A stretch of DNA of 64,000 nt from an uncultured Chloroflexia bacterium (GTDB taxonomy: Bacteria; Chloroflexota; Limnocylindria; Limnocylindrales; CSP1-4). This document shows positions 21,547-33,977 of the stretch, piece by piece. The notes under the pieces are model-generated. The model was given only the letters and a program-made list of their open reading frames with translations. It did not search any database and was not told the DNA's origin. The first letter of the stretch is position 1, and every line of letters starts with the position of its first letter. The stretch lies in assembly GCA_963712735.1 (NCBI GenBank), contig CAVQIZ010000002.1, positions 186,791-250,790 on the forward strand, in the 5' to 3' direction. The translations under genes were made by a program, and so were the position numbers.

Positions 21547-22777
21547 TCAGTCGAAGACCGGCTCCCGCCACACCGGGCAGGTCATGCAGTGGCCGCCACC
21601 GCGACCGCGCCCCAGCTCGGAGCCGTCGATCTCCATGACCGCGACACCGGCCCGTCGCAGGCGCGCGTTGGTCCACTCGTTGCGGTCGTAGGCCACCACC
21701 ACTCCCGGCTCCAGCGCGACGACGTTGTTGCCGTCGTCCCACTGCTCGCGCTCCTGCTGGAACTCGTCGCCACCGGTGGGGATGGTGCGCAGCTCGGCGA
21801 AGCCCAGCGCCTCGGCCACCGTCTCGATCCAGCCGTGCCGCTCCACGGTGACCTCGAGACCGTGCTCGCCGGGGCGGTAGCTGATGGGCTGGATGGCGGC
21901 CACGGCCGGCTCGTACACCGTGACCAGGTCGCGATCGCAGAAGCTGAAGATGGTGTCGAGATGCATGCTGGCGCGGTCGGCCGGCATCTTGGCCGCGATG
22001 ACCCGTTCGGCAGCAGCGTGCTCGAACAGGGCGAATGCCACCTGGCTCACGGCCTGGTACGTCGTGCGCTCGCCCATGCCGATGAGGACGACGCCTTTGT
22101 CCGACGGGCATGACGTCGCCGCCCTCGAGGGTGGCACTGCCGTAGTGGCGCTCGTCAGGATCGCCCCACCAGACCCGGAAGTCGCCGTCGCGGAACTGGG
22201 GGTGGAACCGGTAGATGGCCGCGAGGTGCAGCGCCTCCTTGCGCCTCGCCGGTCGGGCCATGGGGTTGATGGTCACGCCGCCGTAGATCCAGGCCGAGCT
22301 GTCACGCGCGAAGAGCTGGTTGGGCAGTGGCGCGATGACGAAGTCGGACGGCGAATAGGCCTGCTGCACCCAGTGGCGGAAGTCCTCGGGCAGCTCGCTG
22401 ACGGTGACGCCGCCGATGAGGTGGCCCACCAGCTCCCGCGAGTCCAGCTCGTCCATCCAGGCGCGCAGCTCGCTCAGGCCCAGCACCCCGACCTCGTCGG
22501 GGATGATGGTGCGGTCGAGGATGTAGGCGCGGCCGGCGGCCTCGTCGACGACGTCCTTCAGCAGCTCGTGCACGCGGTAGACCGTGACGCCGAACTCCTC
22601 GCGCATGAGGTCCACGAAGCCGTCGTGGTGGACACGCGCCCGGCGAGCCCAGATGACGTCATCGAAGAGCAGCTCGGCGGCGTTGGTCGGGGTCAGGCGC
22701 CGCATCTCCAGCCCGGGCCGATGGACGATGACCTTGCGCAGCTTGCCGACCTCGGAATAGGCACCGAACCCGGACAT
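21547..22777 (-). CDS. arcA: arginine deiminase (frameshift ~22115)
   Basis: N-part [41 protein letters not shown]...; C-part in other frame ...[16 protein letters not shown]...[12 protein letters not shown] (catalytic Cys). Confidence 0.85.
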
Positions 22778-22799
22778 CGCTTCCTCCGGGCTCCCGACC

Positions 22800-23809
22800 C
22801 TACGAGCCCAGCGTGGCGACCATCACGGCCTTGATGGTGTGCATGCGGTTCTCGGCCTGGTCGAAGACGATGCTGGCCGGCGACTCGAAGACCTCGTGGC
22901 TGACCTCCAGCCCGTCGGGCATGCCGGTGGCCTCCATGACCTCGCCGCCGACCGTGGTGCTGGCATCGTGGAAGGCCGGCAGGCAGTGCATGAAGCGGAC
23001 GTCGGCGTTGCCGCTCTTCTCGAGCAGCGCGGCGTTGACCTGGTAGGTCGCGCAGCAGCTCGACGCGCTCGTTCCAGACGTCCTTGGCCTCACCCATCGA
23101 GACCCACACGTCGGTGTGGATGAAGTCGACGCCCTCGACGCCCTGGCCGGCGTCGTCGGTGATGGTGATGCGCGCCCGGTGTCTGCGGCGATGCTCCTGT
23201 GCCGATCTCTGACCACGTCGGCCGGTGGCGCCAGCTCCGCCGGACCGACCATGCGCACGTCGCTGCCCATGAGCGCACCCATCACCAGCAGCGAGCGGCC
23301 CATGTTGAAGCGCTGGTCGCCCACGAAGGCGAAGCGACAGCTCGCGGTACTCCTTGCCGCTGTGCTCGCCCATGGTCAGGAAGTCGGCCAGCATCTGGGT
23401 GGGATGCCACTCGTCGGTGAGGCCGTTGTAGACCGGCACGTTGGCGTACTCGGCCAGCGTCTCCACGGTCGGCCTGGCTCTTGCCGCGGTACTCGATGGC
23501 GTCGTAGTAGCGGCCCAGCACGCGAGCGGTGTCCTCGGTCGACTCCTTGTGGCCCATCTGCGAGCCGGAGGGATCGAGGTACGTCACGTGCGCGCCCTGG
23601 TCGAAGGCGGCGACCTCGAAGGCACAGCGCGTGCGCGTGGAGGTCTTCTCGAAGATGAGCGCGATGTTCTTGCCCGACAGGCGCGGCTGCTCGGTGCCGG
23701 TGTACTTGGCTTCCTTGAGGTCGGCGGACAGCTTGAGGAGGAAGCGCAGCTCGGCGGGGCTGAAGTCGATCTCCTTGACGAAGCTGCGGTTGCGCAGGTT
23801 GTAGGGCAC
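22800..23809 (-). CDS. arcB: ornithine carbamoyltransferase (catabolic-type), at least 4 frame switches
   Basis: GTG 23809 after AGGAGA; ...[22 protein letters not shown]...[17 protein letters not shown] / [31 protein letters not shown] / [15 protein letters not shown] / [13 protein letters not shown] / HCLPAFHD...[17 protein letters not shown] spread over two alternating frames. Confidence 0.85.
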
Positions 23810-23874
23810 GGGATGAGCTCTCCTGTCGAGTCGAACGGGTGGCGCGCGTCGGGACGCGGCGGCGCGCCGGGCGG

Positions 23875-24843
23875 CTAACGGTAGGCGATGCCGTCCTGCT
23901 CGGTCGTGACGATGGTGCCGGCGGCGCCCGCTGAGCATCTTCTCGATGTCGTCAAGCCCGCCGATGGCAGCCTTGTGGCCGGTGGCGGCGACGAACTCGC
24001 ACGCCGCCTGCACCTTGGGCAGCATCGATCCGGGCGCGAAGTGCGAGCTGAGCTCGAGCAGGGCGTCCGGGTGGGCCCGCGCGATGGCCCGCTGGCCCGG
24101 CTTGCCGAAGTCGACATAGACCGCGTCGGCATCGGTGGCCATGACGAAGTAGTCGGCCTCGATGCCCGACGAGAGCAGGCTCGAGGCGAGGTCCTTGTCG
24201 ATGACGGCCTCGACGCCCACGAGCTCACGGTCGGGTCCGCCATCGTCGGCTGGACCCTGGTGGTCGGCGTACATGACCGGGATGCCGCCACCGCCGGCAC
24301 AGATGACCACCGCGCCCTTCTCCAGCAGCCAGCGGATCTGGCGCAGCTCGAAGATGCGCCGCGGCCTGGGCGAGGGCACGACCCGGCGGAAGTAGTCGCC
24401 GTCGGGCTTGAAGGTCCAGCTCCTTCTCGGTCGCCATCGCCTCGGCCGTTTCACGGTCGTAGATCGGCCCGATGGGCTTGGTGGGGTTGTCGAAGGCCGG
24501 GTCGTCGTGGTCGACCTCGATCATCGTCAGCATCGTCGCGAGCGGCTTGTCGAAGGGCAGCAGGTTGCCCAGCTCCTGCTCCACGAGGTAGCCGATCATG
24601 CCCTGCGTCTCCGCGCCGAGGATGTCGAGCGGGTAGATGGGCACCTCCGTGTAGGCCGCGCCCTGGAGCGCCAGCAGGCCCACCTGGGGGCCGTTGCCGT
24701 GGGCGATGACCAGCTCGTGGCGAGCGGCCGACCGGGGCCAGCTCGACGCAGGCTGTCTTGACGTTCGCGCGCTGGTTGTCGCTGGTCATGGCCTGGCCAC
24801 GCCGCAGCAGCGCATTGCCGCCGAGGGCGACGACGACTCTCAT
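23875..24843 (-). CDS. arcC: carbamate kinase, at least 3 frame switches
   Basis: [17 protein letters not shown]... (frame 0) / [37 protein letters not shown]... (frame 2) / ...[12 protein letters not shown]...[14 protein letters not shown]...[15 protein letters not shown] (frame 1) / ...AGTIVT (frame 0). Confidence 0.8.
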
Positions 24844-25020
24844 CGGATCCTTGGACCTCCACTACCGCTGGCGCCGCATCCCGGGCGCGACAGCCCGAGC
24901 ATGGACGGTACCAGCCGCAGGGTGACCGACGTGACCCGGGGCCGCCGTGGGAAGATGTCGAGCGACCGACGGAAGGCTAGACACGAACGCCGCGCGCGGA
25001 GCTGAGCGGAGGATCGACCG

Positions 25021-25929
25021 ATGGCCAAGGCGGGACGAGGACCGAAGAAGGACAAGGCAGCCAAGGCGGCTGCCAGGGGCGACGCGTCCGAGCCGGGTGA
25101 GGGCATCGTCCGACCGCCCTTCTGGGCGGGGCGCCAGGCCGTGAAGATGCCCAGGGCCGAGTACGAGGCCGAGCTGGCGCGCCTGGAGGTCGAGCTGGTC
25201 AAGCTGCAGCACTGGGTCAAGGCCAAGGGCCTGAAGGTGGCGGTCGTCTTCGAGGGCCGCGACTCGGCCGGCAAGGGCGGGGTCATCAAGCGCATCACCT
25301 ACCGCACCAATCCACGCATCGTCCACGTGGTCGCGCTGCAGGCGCCGACCGACAAGGAACGCAGCCAGTGGTACTTCCAGCGCTACGTGCCGCACCTGCC
25401 GGCGGCCGGTGAGATGGTGCTCTTCGACCGCAGCTGGTACAACCGCGCCGGTGTGGAACGGGTGATGGGCTTCTGCACCGATGCCGAGTACGACGAGTTC
25501 ATGGCCACGGTCAACGGCTTCGAGCTGGCCCTTGTCCGCTCGGGCACGATCCTGCTCAAGTACTGGCTCGACATCGCCGACGAGACCCAGGAGGAACGCT
25601 TCCGCGGGCGCATCGAGGATCCGCGCAAGCGCTGGAAGCTCTCGCCCATGGACCTCGAGGCACGCTCGCGCTGGGTCGACTACTCGAGGGCCCGCGACGC
25701 CATGCTGGCCCACACCGACACCGAGCACGCGCCCTGGTACATCGTCGACGCCAACATCAAGCGTCATGCCCGGCTCAACCTCATCACGCACCTGCTCGGG
25801 CAGGTGCCCTACAAGGACCTCACGCCGAAGAAGATGAAGCTGCCCGCCACGTCAGAAGGCACGCGGCTACCGCACGCCCGACTACAGCGGCTTCAAGATC
25901 GTGCCCGGCGGTCTTCCCCAAGGGAGTAG
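25021..25929 (+). CDS. ppk2: polyphosphate kinase 2 (PPK2 family)
   Basis: ...KVAVVFEGRDSAGKGGVIKRITYRTNPRIVHVVALQAPTDKERSQWYFQRYVPHLPAAGEMVLFDRSWYNRAGVERVMGFC - Walker A GKGG and PPK2 lid; last ~30 aa may be frameshifted. Confidence 0.85.
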   Translation: MAKAGRGPKKDKAAKAAARGDASEPGEGIVRPPFWAGRQAVKMPRAEYEAELARLEVELVKLQHWVKAKGLKVAVVFEGRDSAGKGGVIKRITYRTNPRIVHVVALQAPTDKERSQWYFQRYVPHLPAAGEMVLFDRSWYNRAGVERVMGFCTDAEYDEFMATVNGFELALVRSGTILLKYWLDIADETQEERFRGRIEDPRKRWKLSPMDLEARSRWVDYSRARDAMLAHTDTEHAPWYIVDANIKRHARLNLITHLLGQVPYKDLTPKKMKLPATSEGTRLPHARLQRLQDRARRSSPRE

Positions 25930-25947
25930 ATCGGCCCGCTGGCGCGT

Positions 25948-26362
25948 GTGCCGGGGCACAGTCGGAGCATGACCACCGACCCCCGCGGCGACGCCATCAA
26001 GCCCAAGACGATCCACGCTGACCGACCGGCCCGCGAGCTCCAGATCGAGTGGGCCGATGGCCACCGGCAGCGTCTATCGACTTCGATGCCCTGCGCTGGC
26101 TCTGCCCCTGCGCCTTCTGCCGGGGAGAGGCCGGCCAGCCCGGCTGGCTCGACTTCGAACCCCACGCTGACCGACGGAGCAGATGGAGCTGATCGACATC
26201 TCCCTGGTGGGCCACTACGCCGTGCAGCCGGTCTGGGCCGACGGGCACAGCACCGGCTTCTACACCTTCGTCCATCTGCGGCGCAACTGCCCCTGTGACG
26301 AGGAAGGCGCGGCGGGCCAGGGACCGCCGCGAGGCTTCCACGCCCGCACGACGCACGGCTGA
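25948..26362 (+). CDS. DUF971-family protein (frame broken several times)
   Basis: IKPKTIHADRPARELQIEWADGH... / SIDFDALRWLCPCAFCRGEAGQPGWLD / QMELIDISLVGHYAVQPVWADGHSTGFYTFVHLRRNCPCDEEG across frames; stop TGA 26360..26362. Confidence 0.5.
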
Positions 26363-26434
26363 GCTCTGCGGCCAGGCGGCACGTGCGCGGCGACCAGGGC
26401 CGCCGGACGGCGCCCCTGCTAGCATCACTGCATC

Positions 26435-28552
26435 GTGACCACGACTCGAGACGCGTCCCGCTCCGGCACCGGACCTCGCCGCAAGCGCGAGCCAAGCTTC
26501 CCGTTCCTGACGCGGGAGCTGTCCTGGCTGGACTTCAACGAGCGCGTGCTGTACCAGGCCGAGGACGCGCGCAATCCGCTGCTGGAGCGCGTCCGCTTCC
26601 TCTCCATCTTCAGCGAGCAACCTCGACGAGTTCTTCCAGGTGCGCGTCTCCGGCCTGATGCAGCAGGTGGCGGCGGGCCACTCCAAGCCCACGCCCGACG
26701 GCCTCTCGGCCAGCCAGAAGCTCGACCGCATCCGCGGGCGCGTGCTGCAGCTGCAGGCCCAGCACTCGGACCTGTGGGAGACCATCAGCGAGCGAGCTGG
26801 CGCGAAGAGGGCATCCGCGTGCTGCCGCTGGAGGACCGCCCAGCAGCGCCAGAACGAGCTGCGCCAGCGCTTCATGGACGAGATCTTCCCGGTCCTGACG
26901 CCGCTGGCGGTGGACCCCTCGCACCCCTTCCCCTACATCAGCGACCTGTCGCTCTCGCTGGCGGTGACGGTGCGCGACCCGGCCAGCGGCGACCGCCGCT
27001 TCGCGCGCGTGAAGGTGCCGCCCGTCCTGCCGCGCATGTGGGAGGTGGCGCCGCGCACGTACGTGCTGCTCGAGCGCGTCATCGCCGCCAACCTCGATGC
27101 GCTCTTCCCGGGCATGGAGGTGGAGTCGCACCACCTCTTCCGCGTCACCCGCAACGCCGACCTCGACATCGAGGAGGACGAGGCGGACGACCTGCTGATG
27201 GCGATGGAGGAGGAGCTGCGTCGGCGGCGCTTCGGCAAGGTCGTGCGCCTGGAGGTGGAGCGCTCCATGCCGCACGCGACGCGCGCGCTGCTGCAGCGCG
27301 GCCTGAGCCTGGAACCTGCGAACATCTACGAGATCCGCGGCATGCTCGACCTGCGCGGCCTGGACTCCATCGCCGACCTCGACATCCCCGAGCTGCAGCC
27401 GGCAGCCGTGGACGCCGGTGGTCCCGCCGCGCCTGACCCGTCGCGAGGAGGAGGAGGACGAAGGCGTGGACATCTTCGCCCGCATCCGCGAGGGCGACAT
27501 CCTGGTGCACCACCCCTACGAGTCGTTCACCCACTCGGTGCAGCGGCTCATCGCCCAGGCGGCCGACGACCCCGACGTCCTGACCATCAAGATGACGCTC
27601 TACCGCACCAGCGGCGATTCGCCCATCGTGCACTCGCTCATCCGCGCGGCGGAGAGCGGCAAGCAGGTCGTGGTGATGGTGGAGATCAAGGCCCGCTTCG
27701 ACGAGCGCGCCAACATCGTCTGGGCACGAGCCCTGGAGCGCGCCGGCGCCCACGTGGCCTACGGGCTGCTGGGCCTCAAGACGCACTCCAAGTGCACGCT
27801 CATCATCCGCCGCGAGTCGGGCGGCCTGCGCCGCTACGCCCACATCGGGACCGGCAACTACAACCACAAGACGGCCCACATCTACACCGACATGGGCCTG
27901 CTCACCGCCGACCGCGTGCTCACCGGGCGACGTGACCGACCTGTTCAACGTCCTCACCGGCGTGGCCAAGAAGGACCGCTACCGGGAGCTGCTGGTGGCG
28001 CCCAAGTCCATGCGGCCCGGGATCGAGGACCTCATCGACGGCGAGATCGAGCGTCACCGCGAGCACGGCGACGGCCGCATCATCATCAAGTGCAACGCCT
28101 GCGTCGACCCGGAGATGATCCGGCGGCTCTACCAGGCCAGCGGCGCCGGCGTGCCCATCGACCTCATCGTGCGCGGCATGTGCTCGCTGCAGCCGGGCGT
28201 GCCGGGGTTCTCCGAGTCCATCGCCGTGCGCTCGATCGTGGGCCGCTTCCTGGAGCACTCGCGCATCTTCTGCTTCGGCCAGGGCGAGCGTGAGCGCTAC
28301 TTCATCGGCTCGGCCGACCTGATGGAGCGCAACCTCGACCGGCGCGTCGAGGCCATGACGCCGGTCAAGGACGAGGCCCTCGCCGAGCAGCTGCGCAAGG
28401 TGCTGGCCATCATGCGCCGCGACGACCGTCGGGCCTGGACGCTGGGCGAGGACGGCGAGTGGACGCGCGTCGAGACGACCATCGAGGGGGCGCCCACGAT
28501 CGACACCTTCGACGCGCTGATGGAGGACGCCGCGCGGCGGACCGAGGCGTGA
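26435..28552 (+). CDS. ppk1: polyphosphate kinase 1, at least 5 frame switches
   Basis: [37 protein letters not shown] / [30 protein letters not shown] / [37 protein letters not shown] / [12 protein letters not shown]...[14 protein letters not shown]...[17 protein letters not shown] / ...[16 protein letters not shown]...LEHSRIF... = complete PPK1 (N, H, C1, C2 domains) distributed over all three frames. Confidence 0.85.
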
Positions 28553-28653
28553 CCGGGACGCGCGACGAGGACCTGGGGGCGGAGCTGCTGCCGCTCGCCT
28601 GATCGCGCCGCTCGGAGAAGACCATCCCGCGCGAGGTCGAGCTCAAGTACCTG

Positions 28654-30259
28654 GTGCGTGACCTCGAGGCCCTGCGCAGCTGGCTGGCCAACGACTGGGG
28701 CGGCGCGCTCGATGGCGTCGAGTCCGGCAACGAGCGCACCGTCGAGGTCGAGGATCGCTACATCGACACGGCCTACGGCGCGCTCGACGCAGGCCGGCTT
28801 CGGGGCGCGCCTGCGACGCGAGGACAGCGGCCCCATCACGCGTGACGGTCAAGTCGGTCTCCCACGACCGACCCGGCGATGACCGACGGCGATGACGCGC
28901 GAGCGAGCTCGCGGGCGCTCTCGCGCGGGTGGAGGTCGAGGGTCCGGCCAACGACCGGCTGGACCCGGACCTGTGGCCGCCCAGCGCCGCGCGCGAGCTC
29001 ATCAACGAGGTCCGCGACGGCGCACGCATGCGAACGCTGTTCACCATCAACCAGCGCCGCGAGAAGCGCACGCTGGCCCTCGATGACGGGCCCGTGCTGG
29101 TCACGCTCGACCGGGTCGCCGTGTTCCGGGGAGCCCGTCCGCTGTCGTCCTTCTCGGTGCTGGAGGTGGAGGCGCCGCCACGCAGCGGTGCCGATCTGCG
29201 GCGGCTCGCCGCGCTCGTCGAGGCCACCGGCTTCGTCGTGCCCGAGCCACGCTCGAAGGAGGAGATCGCCCGCCACTACGTGGCCCAGGCGATGGAGGAC
29301 CCGGCCCATCGACTGCCGCGCGTGCCGGCATCGCCCGGGCGTCAAGGCCGACGATCCGCTGGGCGAGGCCGGGCGCAAGGTGCTGCGCATGCACCTCGCG
29401 CGGATGCTCCACTTCGAGGCCGGCACGCGCTCGGGCGAGGACGCCGAGGACCTGCACAGGATGCGCGTGGCGACGCGTCGCATGCGGGCCGCGTGGCGGG
29501 TCTTCGAGGGCGCCTACCGGCCCAAGGTGCAGCGTCGCTACGTCAGGGAGCTGCGCAGCATCGCCGGCGCCCTGGGCGAGGTGCGGGACATCGATGTGCT
29601 GCTCGAGCACCTCGACGCCTACATGGCCCAGCTGCCCGCTCCCGGCCGAGCCGGCGTGGAGCCGCTGCGCAGCGCCTGGCGACAGCAGCGAGAGGTCGCC
29701 CGCAAACGGCTCATCGGGCGCCTCGACTCCAAGGCAGTACCGCGAGTTCGTGGACGACTACCTCGACTTCACCGAGTCGCCGCGCGAGGGCGAGATCATC
29801 ACGCCACTGGGACAGCCGAGCCTCGTCCGCGACACGGCCGGCTCCCTCATCCTCGCCGCCTACGAGCGCGTGCGGGCCTACGAGACCATCATCACCTGGG
29901 CCGACGTGCGCACGCTGCACGCCCTGCGCATCGAGGGCAAGCGGCTGCGCTACACCCTGGAGTACTTCAGCGAGGTGCTGCCGGTGACCTCGCGCGGGCT
30001 CATCACGCAGGTCACGGAGATGCAGGATCACCTGGGGCTGATGAACGACGCCGACGTGGCCGCGCGGGCGACCCGCGACTGGCTCAACCTCAACGCGCCC
30101 ATGCTGCCGGCGCGATCACGCGAGGCGGTGGGGCTCTACCTCGACTCGCGCGAAGCGGATGCCGAGCGACTGCGGCGCGCGTTCCGTCCGCTGTGGCGAC
30201 GCATCACCGGGCGGGCGTTCCGCAAGGCGCTGGGCAGCGCCATCACGCAGATCGAGTAG
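28654..30259 (+). CDS. CYTH-domain + CHAD-domain protein (polyphosphate-associated), several frame switches; real start probably ~28620
   Basis: ...IPREVELKYLVRDLEALRSW...RTVEVEDRYIDT (CYTH) ... HRMRVATRRMRAAWRVFEGAY...LRSIAGALGEVRDIDVLLEHL...RIEGKRLRYTLEYFSEVLP (CHAD) ending TAG 30259. Confidence 0.7.
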
Positions 30260-30268
30260 CACGGGCGG

Positions 30269-30679
30269 CTAGGGCGCCGGGGACGACTCTGCCGCGGGGG
30301 CTGCCTCGCTCGCCACCTCCGGTTCGGGAGGCGTGGCGGACACTCCTGCCTTGGCCGCCGGGCTGGCCGACTTGGGCTTGGCCGACGGCTTGTGGCTTGG
30401 CTGCGCGACCTGGGCTTGGCAGCCTGAGCGGCTGCCCCGGGCTCCTGGCGGCCTTCGACTCGTCGGCCTTGGGTTCTCGCCTTGGGCTTCTGCCTGCTCG
30501 ATCTCCGCCAGCTGCGCACGGATCTCGTCGGCGATGATGGACAACGCCTCGACGCGCGCCTGCGCCCGGTCACGCTTGGTCTGGGCTTGCTGGAGCTGGT
30601 CCTTTGCCTTGCGCAGCCGCTTGCGCAGCTGCTTGGGCTTGGCGCTCCCGGCATCCCGGGTGGCACGCTTCTTCGCCAT
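30269..30679 (-). CDS. hypothetical Lys/Ala/Pro-rich basic coiled-coil protein
   Basis: MAKKRATRDAGSAKPKQLRKRLRKAKDQLQQAQTKRDRAQARVEALSII...KPSAKPKSASPAAKAG; no domain recognised. Confidence 0.4.
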   Translation of the reverse strand: MAKKRATRDAGSAKPKQLRKRLRKAKDQLQQAQTKRDRAQARVEALSIIADEIRAQLAEIEQAEAQGENPRPTSRRPPGARGSRSGCQAQVAQPSHKPSAKPKSASPAAKAGVSATPPEPEVASEAAPAAESSPAP

Positions 30680-30830
30680 CTGTGGTTATCCCTTTCGTCC
30701 CATCCCAGCGTTCGCCAGACCCAGTCCTCCCCGGGGCGCGGGCGCTGTGGCTCGGGACATTGTGGCAGGCCGCACAAGGTCCGCGTGACGCTCCGCGTCC
30801 GCGGCGGGGACTATCGCCCCGAGAGCGTGC

Positions 30831-30850
30831 CGTTAACCAAGCGTTAACCA
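30831..30850 (+). promoter_or_regulatory. candidate Pho box: direct repeat CGTTAACCA x2 with 11-bp periodicity, ~105 bp upstream of pstS
   Basis: CGTTAACCA at 30831-30839 and 30842-30850; OmpR/PhoB-family regulators bind tandem direct repeats with one-helical-turn spacing. Confidence 0.4.
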
Positions 30851-30954
30851 GGGTGCAATCAGGCGTTCATGCGCGCGCCCGATTCTGCGGCATGTCCAAG
30901 GGGACCCTTCGGGGGCACCCTGACAAGACCATCACCAGGAGGATCGTTCGTCCC

Positions 30955-31962
30955 ATGCGAACCACCACCCGCCTCAGCGTGGCCGCGGCCACGGCTGCAC
31001 TGCTGACCACGAGCGTGGTCGGCGGGGCGCTGGCCCAGGATGTCGAGGGCAGCGTCGACGTGCACGGCTCGTCCACCGTGGCCCCCATCTCACTGGCCGT
31101 CTCCGAGGCCTTCGCCGCCATCAACCGCGGCTTCGGCTACGCCGTGGGCGAGGAGGGCACCGGCGACGGCTTCGCGCAGTTCTTCTGCGTCGACAACAGC
31201 GACGTCTCCGACGCGTCCCGCCAGATCAAGGACGAGGAAGCCGCCCTCTGCTCGGAGAACGGCGTCGACTGGGTCGAGCTCAAGGTCGGCTACGACGGCA
31301 TCGCCGTCCTGACCTCGCCGCAGAACCCGATCGAGTGCCTGAACATGATGGATCTCTACGCCATCTTCGGACCCGAGTCCAACGAGATCACGACCTGGCA
31401 GCAGGCCGGCGAGTTCGCCGCGGAGCTGGGTTCCACGACGGTGTTCCCCGAGGGTGACATCGCCATCACCGCGCCCGGCACCGAGTCCGGCACCTACGAC
31501 TCCTTCATCGAGCTGGCCCTCGAGGGCACGGCCGAGGAGCGCGGCGTCGACGCCGGCACCCGTGACCCCGTGCCGCCCTACTACGTCGGCGCGGCCAACG
31601 ACCTGGTCATCATCCAGGGCGTCTCGCAGTTCCCCACCTCCGTGGGCTTCGTCGGCCTGGCCTACGCGCAGGAGGCCGGTGACGCCGTCAAGGTCCTCGG
31701 CGTCGACGGCGGCGACGGCTGCGTCGTGCCCACGCCTGAGACCGTCTCCGACGGCAGCTATCCCATCAGCCGCCCACTGTTCGTCTATCCCGCCCTGAAC
31801 CGGCTGGAGTCCAACCCCGCGCTCGGCCCGTGGGTCGACTTCTACCTCTCCGACGAGGGCATCGCCAACGTCAGCGACGTGGGCTACGTCCAGCTTCCGC
31901 CCGAGGAGCTCGAGGAGACCCGCGCTGCCTGGGCCGAGGCCTCCGGCACGAGCGCCGAGTAA
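30955..31962 (+). CDS. pstS: phosphate ABC transporter substrate-binding protein PstS
   Basis: ATG 30955 after AGGAGG; signal-peptide-like MRTTTRLSVAAATAALLTTSVVGGALAQ then HGSSTVAPI...GTGDGF... PstS fold. Confidence 0.85.
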   Translation: MRTTTRLSVAAATAALLTTSVVGGALAQDVEGSVDVHGSSTVAPISLAVSEAFAAINRGFGYAVGEEGTGDGFAQFFCVDNSDVSDASRQIKDEEAALCSENGVDWVELKVGYDGIAVLTSPQNPIECLNMMDLYAIFGPESNEITTWQQAGEFAAELGSTTVFPEGDIAITAPGTESGTYDSFIELALEGTAEERGVDAGTRDPVPPYYVGAANDLVIIQGVSQFPTSVGFVGLAYAQEAGDAVKVLGVDGGDGCVVPTPETVSDGSYPISRPLFVYPALNRLESNPALGPWVDFYLSDEGIANVSDVGYVQLPPEELEETRAAWAEASGTSAE

Positions 31963-32079
31963 CCCTGACGCCTCCTCCCTCCCGACGGTCGTCGAGGACC
32001 GGACCCTCGTCCCGGGGTCCGGTCCTCCGGCCGCGTTCACGACGCCCCGCACCACGTAGCGAAGGAGCCCCAGAGGCAG

Positions 32080-33026
<947 letters not shown>

Positions 33027-33027
<1 letters not shown>

Positions 33028-33977
33028 TGGCCGGCCGGATGGCGGGACTGGGCCAGCAGCCCGAGGCGGCCGAGCTCGTGCGCCGCGCGCTGGAGGGCAA
33101 GAAGGCGGACTGGCGCAGCCGGGCCTTCGAGGGGTTCCTGCTGTTCTCGCTGGTGGTGGCCTTCTTCTTCCTGGTCTGGCTGCTGGTGGCCACCTTCGTC
33201 GAATCCATCCCCGTCTGGACCGAGCGCGGACTGCTGGACTTCCTCAACACGCCGCTGGCGTCGCGCCCGGAGAACGCGGGCATCTCGCAGGGCCTCTTCG
33301 GCTCCGTGGTGATGATGCTGCTGGTGGCGATGCTGGCCCTGCCGGCAGGCATCGCCGCGGCCATCTACCTCGAGGAGTACGCCCCGGACAACCTGCTGAG
33401 CCGCACGCTCAACACCATCATCCGCAACCTCGCCGGCGTGCCCGCGGTCGTCTACGGCATCCTGGGCCTGTCCTTCTTCGTGCTCACGATGGAGGGCGTC
33501 ACCGGCGGGCGCACGGTGATCTCCGGCGGGCTCACGCTGGCCGTGCTGGTGCTGCCCATCACCATCATCGTGAGCGCCGAGTCGCTGCGCGCGGTGCCGC
33601 CCAGCATCCGCGAGGCCGGCTTCGGCGTGGGCGCCACGCGCTGGGAGGTCATCCGCTCGCACGTGCTCCCCTACTCCGCGCCGGGCATCCTGACGGGCGT
33701 GATCCTGACGCTGGCACGGGCCTTCGGGGAGACCGCGCCGTTGCTGCTGGTGGGCGCCGCCGCCACGGGCTTCGCGCAGCCGGCGAACGCCACCTTCCTG
33801 GACCAGCTCCACGGTCCCTACACCTCGCTCCCGACGATCATCTACGTCTGGGCGCGCAACCCCAATCCGGGCTTCCAGCCGCTGACCTCGGCCGCCATCC
33901 TCGTCCTCGTCGTGGTCATCCTGCTGGTGAACGCCATTGCCATCATCCTGAGGAACCGTTATGCAAGGAAGTGGTGA
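33027..33977 (+). CDS. pstA: phosphate ABC transporter permease PstA
   Basis: ...[18 protein letters not shown]... PstA signature; overlaps pstC stop. Confidence 0.85.

Noticed and set aside
18968-21691. 907-aa plus-strand ORF and several nested minus-strand ORFs (20425..21536 etc.)
   Set aside because: Opposite strand or alternative frame of the S9 peptidase; low-complexity translation
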